Shown: positions 1 through 9,664 of the stretch, one piece after another
How positions within the stretch are numbered: the stretch's first letter is position 1
How the letters are laid out: each line of letters opens with the position of its first letter
The notes under the pieces: generated by a model
The model's database searches: none
What the model was told of the DNA's origin: nothing
The model's input: only the letters and a program-made list of their open reading frames with translations
Source of the DNA: an uncultured delta proteobacterium
GTDB lineage: Bacteria > Desulfobacterota > Binatia > UBA9968
Direction of reading: 5' to 3'
NCBI GenBank assembly: GCA_963847445.1
Contig: CAWJZV010000014.1
Location: 96,001 to 160,000, forward strand
DNA length: 64,000 nt
Position numbers and translations under genes: made by a program

Positions 1-604
1 GATTCGCGGTATTCTCGAGCATGATTTCAACGTGCCCCACAACCAGATTCACTGGTTCAAGGAAGACGAGGAAAAAATCCCCTGGCAAGCGCCGCCCGGT
101 TTGAGCATTCAAAAAACTCCCACAGGCAAGAACATCGTCGACATGCTGCTCGCCGGCGAACTCGACGCCGTGATCGATCCGGAAGTCATCCGGCCGATGG
201 CGACCAAGGACCCGCGCGTGCGCCGGTTATTTCCCAACTATCGCGACCTGGAAATCGACTACTTCAAACGCACCGGCATTTTTCCGATCATGCACACCAC
301 GGCGATCAAACAGGAAATCGTCGACAAGCACCCCTGGGTGCCGGCGAGCTTGATGCAAGCTTTCGAGAAGTCGAAAAAGGTTTCCTACAAACGCATGGAG
401 AACCCAAGAATCGTCCCGCTCGCGTGGTTCCGCTCTTTTGTCGAAGAACAGGAAGAAATTTTTGGCAGCGATCCATGGGTTTACGGACTCGGCACGGCCA
501 ATCGTAAAAACGTCGAAACATTGATGCAGTACTCCCACGAGCAAGGATTGATCGGCAAGAAGATGGCGCTAGCGGAACTCTTTATCGATACGACGGAGGG
601 TTAG
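1..604 (+). CDS. 4,5-dihydroxyphthalate decarboxylase-like / PhnD-SsuA fold protein (5' truncated by window)
   Basis: Frame is open from the window start (IRGILEHDFNVPH...); motifs MLLAGELDA, YFKRTGIFPIMH, DPWVYG, YSHEQGL. Confidence 0.75.
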   Translation, partial: IRGILEHDFNVPHNQIHWFKEDEEKIPWQAPPGLSIQKTPTGKNIVDMLLAGELDAVIDPEVIRPMATKDPRVRRLFPNYRDLEIDYFKRTGIFPIMHTTAIKQEIVDKHPWVPASLMQAFEKSKKVSYKRMENPRIVPLAWFRSFVEEQEEIFGSDPWVYGLGTANRKNVETLMQYSHEQGLIGKKMALAELFIDTTEG

Positions 605-673
605 TGCGAGACTTGACCATGAAAACGACACCGACCAATGAAACTACGTAACCAACCCGTCTGGAGGTGAAGC

Positions 674-985
674 ATGCGATTTTTACTGAAGGTCAACATC
701 CCGGTTGAGTCCGGTAACGCGGCTGCGAAGGCCGGAAAACTCGGCGCGACGATTCAATCAATTCTGGCAGATTTGAAGCCGGAGGCCGTCTATTTTACCG
801 ACAGCAACGGTCAGCGCACGGCGTTCATATTTCTCGAGATGCAAGATGCTTCTCAAATCCCAGCCATCGCCGAGCCGTGGTTCCTCGCGTTCAATGCCAG
901 CGTTGAGATTCATCCGGTCATGATACCGGACGATCTAGCCAAGGCCGGCAGCGCCATCGAGAGCGCGGTCAAGAAATACGGCTGA
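674..985 (+). CDS. conserved hypothetical protein (DUF3303/GYD-like small alpha-beta barrel)
   Basis: 103 aa ORF, GGAGG RBS, KPEAVYF...IAEPWF...VEIHPVM pattern. Confidence 0.65.
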   Translation: MRFLLKVNIPVESGNAAAKAGKLGATIQSILADLKPEAVYFTDSNGQRTAFIFLEMQDASQIPAIAEPWFLAFNASVEIHPVMIPDDLAKAGSAIESAVKKYG

Positions 986-1085
986 TCGCTCGAGTGATCG
1001 GTCGAGGAATGCGGGACACTTGAGTTGTTTCGGCAAAGGTTTGGCTCCCCGCCCCCCACACAGCCACAAAGAGGTAGGCAAAACG

Positions 1086-1286
1086 ATGCGCGGAATAATT
1101 CTTCTTAGCGTTATCTTGATTGGAGCCGGTTGCGCAGCCGAGCGCGCTGTTCTGATAAACAATCAAGGCGACGAACTCGCCTGCGAAACCAGCGGCGCTG
1201 GATTTTTTGGCGCAGTGTCGGTTCATAATCAACAGCAACAGTGTATTACAGACGCCGAGAAGCGGGGTTATCGGCTGAAGAATTAG
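1086..1286 (+). CDS. small lipoprotein
   Basis: GAGG RBS; MRGIILLSVILIGAGC lipobox; two further Cys in a 66 aa protein. Confidence 0.6.
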   Translation: MRGIILLSVILIGAGCAAERAVLINNQGDELACETSGAGFFGAVSVHNQQQQCITDAEKRGYRLKN

Positions 1287-1307
1287 GCAAGCGCTGCGGG
1301 AAGCTGT

Positions 1308-1357
1308 CGGGACAGGTTTTGCCATCACATATTGTTGCAATGCAAGACCAGACCCCA
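1308..1357. repeat. degenerate GG(A/T)CAGGTCTTGCA...TGCAAGAC REP-like palindrome
   Basis: gggacaggttttgc...aatgcaagaccagacccc; related copy at 3516-3552. Confidence 0.5.
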
Positions 1358-1645
1358 TAAACCATAACCTCAGTCAATCTTGACGGTCAACGATAAGCCA
1401 GGATCGCATTGCGACTGTTGGCCGGGGCCTTTGCTCACTTTCATGAGCTTGCGGCACAATAGCTCGGTCCCGCTTTGTGATCTATACGGTTGATCTCTTA
1501 CGCTTGCCTTCCGCCTTGGCTACCATCAGCGGATTTCGATTCCCAGCCTTGCGAACGAAAAGAAGTTTGGCCTTTCACTTTTGCGAAGAGAACCTTCAAG
1601 TGCCTGCGCCAACGTCGGTCTGTAAGGACTTTTTGTTGCCTGTAG

Positions 1646-1662
1646 TTGGTACATTCCATGCA
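1646..1662 (+). promoter_or_regulatory. candidate sigma54 (-24/-12) promoter
   Basis: TTGGTACATTCCATGCA, GG-N10-GC spacing, ~120 bp upstream of 1779. Confidence 0.4.
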
Positions 1663-1778
1663 CAGCATATCAACCAGCAGGAATTCCCTGAACCCTGCTA
1701 ATGAAACTGGTTCCAATTACGAATCCAAGCGACGAAGTTTAGACCTGTGCTAGCGGGAAGGACCAAAAGGAGGGTTGT

Positions 1779-3166
1779 ATGAAAAACGGCGCACATGTTC
1801 TGAAACATGCGCGGCAATGGCGGTCCCTTCCATGGCGCCAGATGGGTCTGCTCACGCTGGCCTTTATTCTTGCACTGATCGGGGGACGCCCTGCGCAGGC
1901 GGGGGAGTTCAACGTCGATTCCCTTCTGACCTTCACGCCTCTGTCTTCAACCTACCGTACCGTCACCGACACCACTGGGTGTTCGCCTGGCTTTGTCGGG
2001 AAGTTCACCTTCACAGCGCAGTTGACGAATAAACCGGACAGTCCCGTGATGCAGGGTCTGGACGTGTTCGTGCAGACACTGACCAACGGCAATATCTTGC
2101 TGGATCCGCAGACCAACCTGCGCTTAGGCGGGGCGGGCGCCGTCATGCCAATCCCGCTTGTCGGGCAGTATGCGGACGGCCTTTTGAGTGCCAACGAAGG
2201 GGTAGGTGTGCCGTTTGCTGTCTGCTTGAAGACGCGTAAAGCGTTTCAGTTCTTTGTCGACGTGTTCGGCGTCGCGACCGGCGTCGTGACAGAGCTCGTG
2301 AGCATTAATCAGGCGGGGACGGGCAGCGGCAACGGCGTCTCATTCAACCCTGTGTTCAGCACCGACGGCCGCTTCGTGGCGTTCTCCAGTGGCGCGAGCG
2401 ACCTGGTGGCAAACGACACCAATGGGACCGAGGACGTGTTCGTGCGCGACTTGCAGACTGGGACGACCACTCTGGTAAGTATCAACCGGACGGGGACGGG
2501 CAGCAATGGCGGCTCATCCGACCCCGTGATCAGCGCCGACGACCGCTTCGTGGCGTTCTTGAGCGACGCGAGCGACCTGGTGGCAAACGACACCAATAAT
2601 ACAACCGACATGTTCGTGCGCGACCTGCAGACCGGGACGACCACTCTGGTAAGTGTCAACCGAGCGGGGACGGGCGGCAATGGCGTCTCATCCGACCCCG
2701 TGATCAGCGCCGACGGGCCGCTTCGCGGCGTTCTATAGCGTCGCGAGCGACCTGGTGGCAAACGACACCAATGGGACCGAGGACGTATTCGTGCGCGACC
2801 TGCAGACTGGGACGACCACTCTGGTAAGTGTCAACCGGGCGGGGACGGGTAGCGGCAACGCTCCTCATCCGGTCCCGTGATTAGCGCCAACGGCCGCTTC
2901 GTGGCGTTCAATAGCATCGCGAGCGACCTGGTCGCGGAAACGACACCAATGGGACCGAGGACGTGTTCGTGCGCGACCTGCAGACCGGGACGACCACTCT
3001 GGTAAGTGTCAACCGGGCGGGGACGGACAGCAGCAATGGTGTCTCATACGTCCCAGTGATCAGCGCCGACGGCCGCTTCGTGGCGTTCGAGAGCGATGCG
3101 AGCAACCAGGTGATCGAGAACGACACCAATGGGACCCTGGACGTATTTGTGCGCCCGGTGCAGTGA
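1779..3166 (+). CDS. secreted TolB/PD40-like beta-propeller repeat protein (frameshifted near 2717, 2860, 2935)
   Basis: Signal peptide; 5 repeats of PVISADGRFVAFxSxASDLVANDTNGTxDVFVRD spread over ORFs 1779..2738 and 2963..3166. Confidence 0.8.
2294..3160 (+). repeat. intragenic tandem repeat, ~174-180 bp unit, 5 copies
   Basis: Near-identical units with anchor gacctgg at ~2400, 2574, 2749, 2925 and a diverged copy at ~3104. Confidence 0.9.
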
Positions 3167-3289
3167 GGAACAAGCTTATAGGCTTAACGGTTGCCCAGGA
3201 GGTGAAAAACCTGACATGCTTGTCTAACAAACCGGTGGTCGCTGACAATCACAGATCTCACGCAGTCAAACCGGAACGATAGCTCGGAT

Positions 3290-3326
3290 AAAAGAACGGG
3301 ACGGTGATGGCCGTCCCGTGATCTTT
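3290..3326 (-). terminator. Rho-independent terminator-like hairpin
   Basis: acgggacgg-tgatgg-ccgtcccgt stem with a T-tract on the minus strand. Confidence 0.5.
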
Positions 3327-3379
3327 GCACGCTTTGTGATCGGGTTCTTGCTCTCGCCTGGTTCCCCAACGCTTCTCGC

Positions 3380-3510
3380 CTATTTATCATCCAACCACAT
3401 CAGCTTCCCCGGATTGTCTTTCAGCATCAACATCACTTCTTCCGGTTTGATGCCAAAGCCCAACAATTCGCGCAGAAGCACCCGCATGCTGTCGACCGCA
3501 TCGATGGGAA
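3380..3510 (-). pseudogene. C-terminal remnant of a DUF6282-like amidohydrolase-fold protein
   Basis: Minus strand reads IDAVDSMRVLLRELLGFGIKPEEVMLMLKDNPGKLMWLDDK*; no N-terminus; abuts a REP-like repeat. Confidence 0.55.
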
Positions 3511-3692
3511 TGTGTGGACAGGTCTTGCAATCACACATTAACGTAATGCAAGACTATGGGTCATAACGGCCCCCAGGAGATTCTCGCCAAACGATAACGC
3601 TACGATTCTCGTGAGACCGCAGTTCAGTGTAACCAAGCTGTCAGCGCATTTCGCGAAGTCGAGGATCGAGCAGAACGGAAGGAGCCTTTATA

Positions 3693-4856
3693 ATGAAACA
3701 TAGCACCGACCGGATACTCACCACCCATTGCGGCAGTTTGGCGCGGCCCAAGGACTTGCTCGATTTGATGAAGGCGAAGTTAACCGGCGAGTCCTACGAC
3801 CAAGTCCAGTATGCAAATCGGATCACCAGTGCCGTCGCCGAGGCGGTCCGCGCGCAAGCCGAGACCCGCGTCGATGTCGTCACCGATGGCGAACAAGGCA
3901 AGCCGGGATTTTTCACTTACGTGCGCGAGCGGCTTACCGGCTTTGAACCGAAGACGCCGCCAACAGCGGGCTGGCAACAATGGGCGGCGGAAGTGGCGGC
4001 GTTCCCGGAATACTACGAGAAGTATTTCAGCCGGCGCATGATGGGCGGCAGCATCGCGCCGCGCACGCCGCTGGTTTGCACCGGACCGATCGCCTATCGC
4101 GGGCAGGAGGCGATTCGCCAGGATATCGCCAATCTCAAGTCGGCGCTCACGGGTGTCGATGTCACGGAGGCTTTCATGCCCGCCGTGGCGCCGAGCGGTG
4201 TCGGGAGCAATGAATACTATGGCTCGGACGAAGAATATCTCGCCGCCGTCGGCGACGCTCTGCGCGAGGAATATCTCGCGATCGTCGATGCCGGTTTCAT
4301 TCTCCAGATCGACGATCCCTGGCTCACTGAAGTTCACAGCCAAGACCCATCGTTGAGCGCCGCCGAACGGCGCAAGATCGCCGAAAGGTCTGTTGACGCG
4401 ATCAATCACGCCCTGCGCGGCATTCCAGCCGAGAAGATTCGCTTTCACACTTGTTATGGCATCAACGAAGGACCGCGCGTCCACGACGCGCCGCTGCAAG
4501 AAATCGTCGATCTGATCTTGAAAGTAAACGCCGGCGCCTACGCCTTCGAAGCCGCCAACCCGCGCCACGAGCATGAGTATCATGTCTGGGAAACTGCAAA
4601 ATTGCCTGCCGGTAAAATCTTGATCCCCGGAGTGATCACCCACTGCAGCAATATCGTCGAGCATCCCGAGCTGATCGCCGAACGGATCACGCGCTACGCC
4701 AAACTGGTTGGCCGGGAAAACGTCATCGCCGGCGCCGACTGCGGCTTCTCGTCGCAGGCGACCTACGAACCGGAAGTCCATCCGAAAATCGTTTGGGCGA
4801 AGTTCCAAGCGATGGCCGAAGGTGCGCGCCTGGCGACGAAGCAACTCTGGCGGTAA
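3693..4856 (+). CDS. cobalamin-independent methionine synthase II family protein (MetE C-domain / epoxyalkane:CoM transferase-like)
   Basis: TTHCGSL, TDGE, QIDDP, HTCYG, EAANPRH, EHPELIA, DCGF zinc-ligand motifs. Confidence 0.9.
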   Translation: MKHSTDRILTTHCGSLARPKDLLDLMKAKLTGESYDQVQYANRITSAVAEAVRAQAETRVDVVTDGEQGKPGFFTYVRERLTGFEPKTPPTAGWQQWAAEVAAFPEYYEKYFSRRMMGGSIAPRTPLVCTGPIAYRGQEAIRQDIANLKSALTGVDVTEAFMPAVAPSGVGSNEYYGSDEEYLAAVGDALREEYLAIVDAGFILQIDDPWLTEVHSQDPSLSAAERRKIAERSVDAINHALRGIPAEKIRFHTCYGINEGPRVHDAPLQEIVDLILKVNAGAYAFEAANPRHEHEYHVWETAKLPAGKILIPGVITHCSNIVEHPELIAERITRYAKLVGRENVIAGADCGFSSQATYEPEVHPKIVWAKFQAMAEGARLATKQLWR

Positions 4857-4908
4857 ATCTTGTACGGTGCGCTTGCACACCGCTATGCTAAAAACGGAGA
4901 GCCTCGCC

Positions 4909-5472
4909 ATGGCAAAAAAGAGCGCAACCAAGCAGGACGATGTAATCGAGAAACTAACGCCGCAGCAGGCTCTCGAAATCCTCAAACGGCTGAGCCAGAA
5001 CGAGGGCAAGATTGGCGAAGCGGTGCGCGCCGAGGCGAGAACCCTTTTGCAAGCGGTGGACTTGGATGAAACGGCCGATGAGGTTTTCTTCGTTCTCGAT
5101 TCGATAGACGTAGAGGATTGTTGGGACCGGTCAGGCAGTTCCCGCTACGGTTACACCGAGCCTAGCGAGGCCGCGGTCGAACTCGTGGAAGAAGAGCTTC
5201 AGCCGTTTTACGATCAAGCCGCGCGGTTCCGCGAGCTGAACATGCCCGAACAAGAAATGACTTATTGCATGGGGGTGATCCTCGGAATCTACCGCTATGA
5301 GCATGAATCCAAGTCAGAGTTTCGGGAGTGGGCCGAGGATATTCCGATTGAATGCGCCGGCTACCTGCTCACGATCTGGCGGGAACGAAACCACAAAGCA
5401 GTCGACGCCCAGGCGATGGATGAGTTCATCCGCCAACGTTGTCCGAAGTGGGCCGAGAATTTAATCCGCTAA
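4909..5472 (+). CDS. hypothetical acidic helical protein
   Basis: ATG at 4909 with GGAG RBS; 187 aa; DCWDRSGSSRYGYTEPSEAA motif. Confidence 0.7.
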   Translation: MAKKSATKQDDVIEKLTPQQALEILKRLSQNEGKIGEAVRAEARTLLQAVDLDETADEVFFVLDSIDVEDCWDRSGSSRYGYTEPSEAAVELVEEELQPFYDQAARFRELNMPEQEMTYCMGVILGIYRYEHESKSEFREWAEDIPIECAGYLLTIWRERNHKAVDAQAMDEFIRQRCPKWAENLIR

Positions 5473-5594
5473 GTCTTGCCCCAATCGAATTTTATTTCCT
5501 TCTGTTTGAGCAACTGGCGGTCGAACAATCTTTAGCGGCGGGCGAATTGGCTCAGTCTCGCGAGCTACTCATTGCCTCAGCGATGCCGCATCAA

Positions 5595-5808
5595 TTAGAA
5601 TTTGAAGTTGCTCCCGGTAATAAACTTCCTCAGCTTGGGATCGCCAGGACAGATGCGGTTGATCGCCGTGAGCCAGCGCGCCAGGTCGTCAACACTCATA
5701 CGTTGCGCGATCTCTCGTGAGTTTCGTTCGCAAGGTGCGAAACTCTTCCCGCAAAGTTTCGGACGCACCCATTTCTCGCAGTTCTCGTTTTTCTTCCTCA
5801 CTGAGCAT
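5595..5808 (-). CDS. small hypothetical protein (one frameshift)
   Basis: MLSEEEKRELREMGASETLREEFRTL / RNSREIAQRMSVDDLARWLTAINRICPG...FKF*; GGAGAG RBS. Confidence 0.45.
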
Positions 5809-6006
5809 GATCGAAACTCTCCCTGAACTTTTTAGTTGCAACTAGTTGCAACAACGAGAGCAACTACTTGTGAGTATCCGGCAACTCGACTTCACTAGAA
5901 CTAAGCAGCATTGCGATCCATGAACCGTTCTATATCACGCTTTTCCTGTCCCTTGCACTTATACCAATGGCGCACGGCACTGGCCCGTGCGTCGCCAGAA
6001 TTATTC

Positions 6007-6036
6007 AAAGGGGCCGATCCTACGACCGGCCCCTTC
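6007..6036 (-). terminator. terminator-like hairpin downstream of the LLM gene
   Basis: ggggccg...cggcccc stem followed by TTTGAAT on the minus strand. Confidence 0.45.
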
Positions 6037-6070
6037 CAAAAATCACACATATCCCCTCGTAATGTCGGGT

Positions 6071-6190
6071 AAGTAAAAAGTTAAAAGTAAAAGGTAAAAA
6101 AGCGGTGATTGCCTTCTCTCAACTTTGACTCTTACTTCGCCTTCCCGTTTTCGTTCGGTTATTTTACTTTTTCCTTTTGCCTTTTTACTT
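6071..6190. repeat. hairpin with 7-mer (AAAAGTA-like) tandem arms
   Basis: aagtaaaaagttaaaagtaaaaggtaaaa ... ttttactttttccttttgcctttttactt. Confidence 0.7.
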
Positions 6191-6194
6191 CGTC

Positions 6195-7197
6195 TTACGC
6201 ATTCCCCCACGCCTCGAAGAATCGTCGCGCGTCCTCGACCACCGGCTCGGTCACCGGCACGTAGGGAATCACCATGCGGGTCACGCCGGCTTCTTCGAAG
6301 GCTTTCATCTTTTCTTTGATCTCGCTCACGTCGCTGGCCGGCACCACCGGCAGTTTGTCCATATACTCGTCGGTGAGCGCGCCCATGGCGGCTTTGAAGC
6401 CGCCCTTTTGAAACGCTTCGTGAATCGCGCTCACTTCTTTGTCGAAGCCCATGCCGCGCAGCATGTCGCTGTAATGATCGGCGATGTTGTAGAACGTCAG
6501 CACCTGGCGCAGCTTGGCGCGGGCGGCGTTCTTGTCGGGGTTGAGCGACACCCGCGACTTGGCGATGATCTCGATCTTGCTCGGATCGCGGCCCGCTTCG
6601 ATGGCGCCCTCGCGCACCCGCGCGGCGATCTCTTTCACCTTCGCCGGCGTCGCCATGTTGATAAACACACCGTCGGAGATTTTGCCGACCAGCTTGGTCA
6701 TCTGCGGTCCGAGACCGGCGAGATAGACCGGCACGTTCGGATAAGCTCGGCTTCCAGGAAAGTTGAAAGCGCTTGCCGGTGTTGTAAATCTCGCCTTCGT
6801 ACTCGACGCGTTCGCCGGCGGCGACTTTGCGCGTGACCTCGATATATTCGCGCGCCCGTTTGAGCGGCCGGTCGAAGACACCGCCATGCCAGCCGGCGAT
6901 CGCCTTGTTGGCGACGCCGAGACCGAGCAGCAAACGGCCGCCGGACAAATCTTGCAGCGTCGCCGATTGGATGCCGAGCGTCACCGGGCTGCGGCCGTAA
7001 ATGTGATAAATCGCCGTGCCTAGTTTGATTTTCTTGGTCCGGCTCGCCACCGCCGAGAGCATGACGAACGGATCGGTGCTGTTCGATTCGCCTTTCCAAA
7101 AGGCGCCGAAGCCGACTTGCTCTGCCAATTCGATGAGCCCCGGCACTTCGGCGGCCGGATAGTGCGCCGCGGAATTGATCTCAACGTCAAAAATCAT
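6195..7197 (-). CDS. LLM class flavin/F420-dependent oxidoreductase (frameshift ~6745)
   Basis: GFGAFWKGE, KIKLGTAI, SGGRLLLGLG in 6043..7263; PVYLAGLGP...DGVFIN in 6195..6887. Confidence 0.85.
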
Positions 7198-7217
7198 AAA
7201 TCGCGTCCTTCTCTGAG

Positions 7218-7248
7218 CTTTGAACCTTTGAACTTTTGAACCTTGAAC
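7218..7248. repeat. 8-mer tandem array (CTTTGAAC)
   Basis: ctttgaacctttgaacttttgaaccttgaac. Confidence 0.7.
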
Positions 7249-7376
7249 GAATAACCTAGCCAATGGTTCGCTATGTCAAACTGGGACCTTGAACGAACAT
7301 TACCGCGCTAAGACTAGCCAGATGCTGTCATCCCGAACTTATAGTCAAATCTCCGCGACCGTCAACCGCCTGGCCT

Positions 7377-8353
7377 TCACTGCAGCGCTTTGGCTTTCTT
7401 GGTGAGGCTGTCGAGATCCATTTTGAGTTTGTCCGAACTCGCCGACAAATTCATCCACCGAAGTCGCCGGCACCCAGGCCGCGTCGATCGGCTTGACGAC
7501 GCCGGTGTATTCCATGATCGTCGAGAATTTGCTGCGCGCGGCGAAGTCGCTGATCGCGCTGGTGCCGACGACGACCAGACTAACCGCCGCGGCGGTCCAC
7601 AGGCGCGAACGGCGCCGCAACAGCGAGGCCGCTCCGAGATGACCGTAGACCAGCCCCGCCAGCACCAGCCCGTAACCGAACACACCGGCGATCCAGAGCA
7701 TGGGAATCCGCGGCAGGAAAAACTCCGACCACTCGGCGACCACGCCGAGGGCGCTGATCGCCAACAGTGCCAAGCAGGCGATGGTCACATGCCGGGCAAA
7801 GTTGAAACGGCTGACGACGATCCGGCTGGCCAGCGCCCACATGCCCGCCCAGGTCGCCAGCATCGACACCGTGACCCAAGTGCTCGCCGATGATTTTTGC
7901 CACGGTCACGCGCTCGACACTGGAAAGATAGGCCTCCAAACAGAGCAGCAACACCAAGACCACACCCGAAATCACCGCCGCATAGGGCGACGCCAAGGGC
8001 AAAACTTTCGCCGCGCCATCGACCAGCGTCGGCGCCAGCGGATGATCGACGCTGACGTAGCGCAGGGTGGTATGACCGATACGAAACTGGCTGCCGGATT
8101 GAAGTTCCAACTGGGCGACGCGCTCTTTACCCGAGCCGGGATAGAAGCCGTTGACGCTATCGAGATCGCTGGCGAGCAAACGGCCTTGTTCGTCTTGGGC
8201 AATCTTGAGATGACGCGGGCAGACGAATGGATCGGAGAGAATCACCTGATTGCCATAGGCGCGGCCGACGGTCACTGGAAATCCATCCACCGCGATGCGC
8301 TCGCTGACGCCGCCCTTGCCGTCGAGGATTTCGATATAGCCTAGCGCTGCCAC
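7377..8353 (-). CDS. FHA domain membrane protein (frameshifts ~7880, ~7435)
   Basis: VTVGRAYGNQVILSDPFVCPRH...DLDSVNG...FRIGHTTL FHA motifs, then several TM segments; GTG start overlaps the protease stop. Confidence 0.8.
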
Positions 8354-9625
8354 TTGATGTTCTCCATGTAGCGCCGGCTGAACGCCTGAACATTGTCGAA
8401 GCTCACGCCGGAGAGCGAAAGCGTCGACACCAAACCGGCGTTGCGCGAGCCGAGGGTGGCGACGCGGAACACCGCGTCGTAGAGCGCCGGCAGCTTGATG
8501 TACTGGCGCGCGCACAGCACTCCTTTGAGCTTGCCATTGGCGGTCGCGACGTTGCGCGTCTGGCAGCGAAACGACGTGACTTCCTCTTCGTTGCCGAACA
8601 TCGCCGCGTTGCCGCCTTGAAACTGTGCGGAGTAGAGCGTGAAGAAGCGCGCCGGATTGAGCTCGCTGGTGGACAATAGTTGATGATAGAAGCGCACGAT
8701 GCCCGAGGACTGTTCGCTGGAAACGAAAATGTAATCGTCCGTCGAACAGTCATGGGTCACCGAAACGTAGGGCAATTCCTTACGGCGCAAGGCGTCCGCC
8801 CAACAGCGAAAGAACTCCGTCGGCTTGGTCGGCAGGTCGTACGGCGCCAGCGCCACCCGCGGCGTTTTCGCATCGAACATGCCGGCGAGATAGCGCGTCT
8901 GATTGTCGTGGATCTGCCGGCCGACATCGGCGAGGAAACTCGCCGGCGGCGGCATTTCGCCCTTGGCGGTCTTATCCAGCAAAGCCATGGCCCGCTCGGC
9001 CGGCACGAGAAAGCTGATTTGATTGCCTTCGGTGGCGACGTTGATGCCGACGACTTTGCCGTCTTGGGTCAATGTCGGCCCGCCGCTCATGCCGGGATTG
9101 AGCGATCCGGTGAAATGCACTTTGGGATAGAGCGTATGTTTGAGCAAACCGTTGTGCGTGCCTTCGACGATGGAAAGCCCAAGATCGCGCGGATGGCCGA
9201 GGGAATAGAGCCGCGTGCCCTGCGCCACCGGCTTCGACTCGAAGACGAGATGGCCCTTGGGCTGGCGATCGGTCCGCAGGATCGCCAAGTCATAGACCAC
9301 ATCGACGCCCAGCACCGTGCCGACGGTCGTGCCGCCGGCAACGTCGATCACATCGATCCGATAACGCTCCGGCGAATGCACCAACTTGGAAATCACATGG
9401 TAGTTGGTGACGATCGCGTCCAGAGTTGTCGGCGAAAAAGCCCGTGCCCGTGGACGCCTTCGCCGCCGAACTGGTTTCCACCACTTCAATCTTCACGACA
9501 TGCTCGGAAAACTGCTTGAAGATCTCCTGCGTGGTGCCGGGCATAAATTGAGCGTGAGTCGCCGGAATTATCAGCACGACACACCACGAAAGAATGAGAG
9601 CGCTGGTTGCTAGTAATTTATTCAT
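8341..9625 (-). CDS. secreted trypsin-like (S1C) serine protease with Cys-containing C-terminal domain (frameshift ~9420)
   Basis: Signal peptide in 9290..9625; triad motifs VTNYHV, YDLAIL, NPGMSGGP. Confidence 0.85.
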
Positions 9626-9664
9626 CGGCGGGCTGAGTAGATTGTTTACGCAGACCGACGAAAG

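Noticed and set aside
2294-3160. CRISPR array or DGR template/variable repeat
   Set aside because: Units are ~175 bp coding propeller blades without unique spacers; no cas or reverse transcriptase gene in the window; variation is not obviously adenine-specific.
5968-5997. tRNA or attachment-site fragment (tggcgc...cgcca)
   Set aside because: Only a simple hairpin; no T-loop GTTCGA or cloverleaf.
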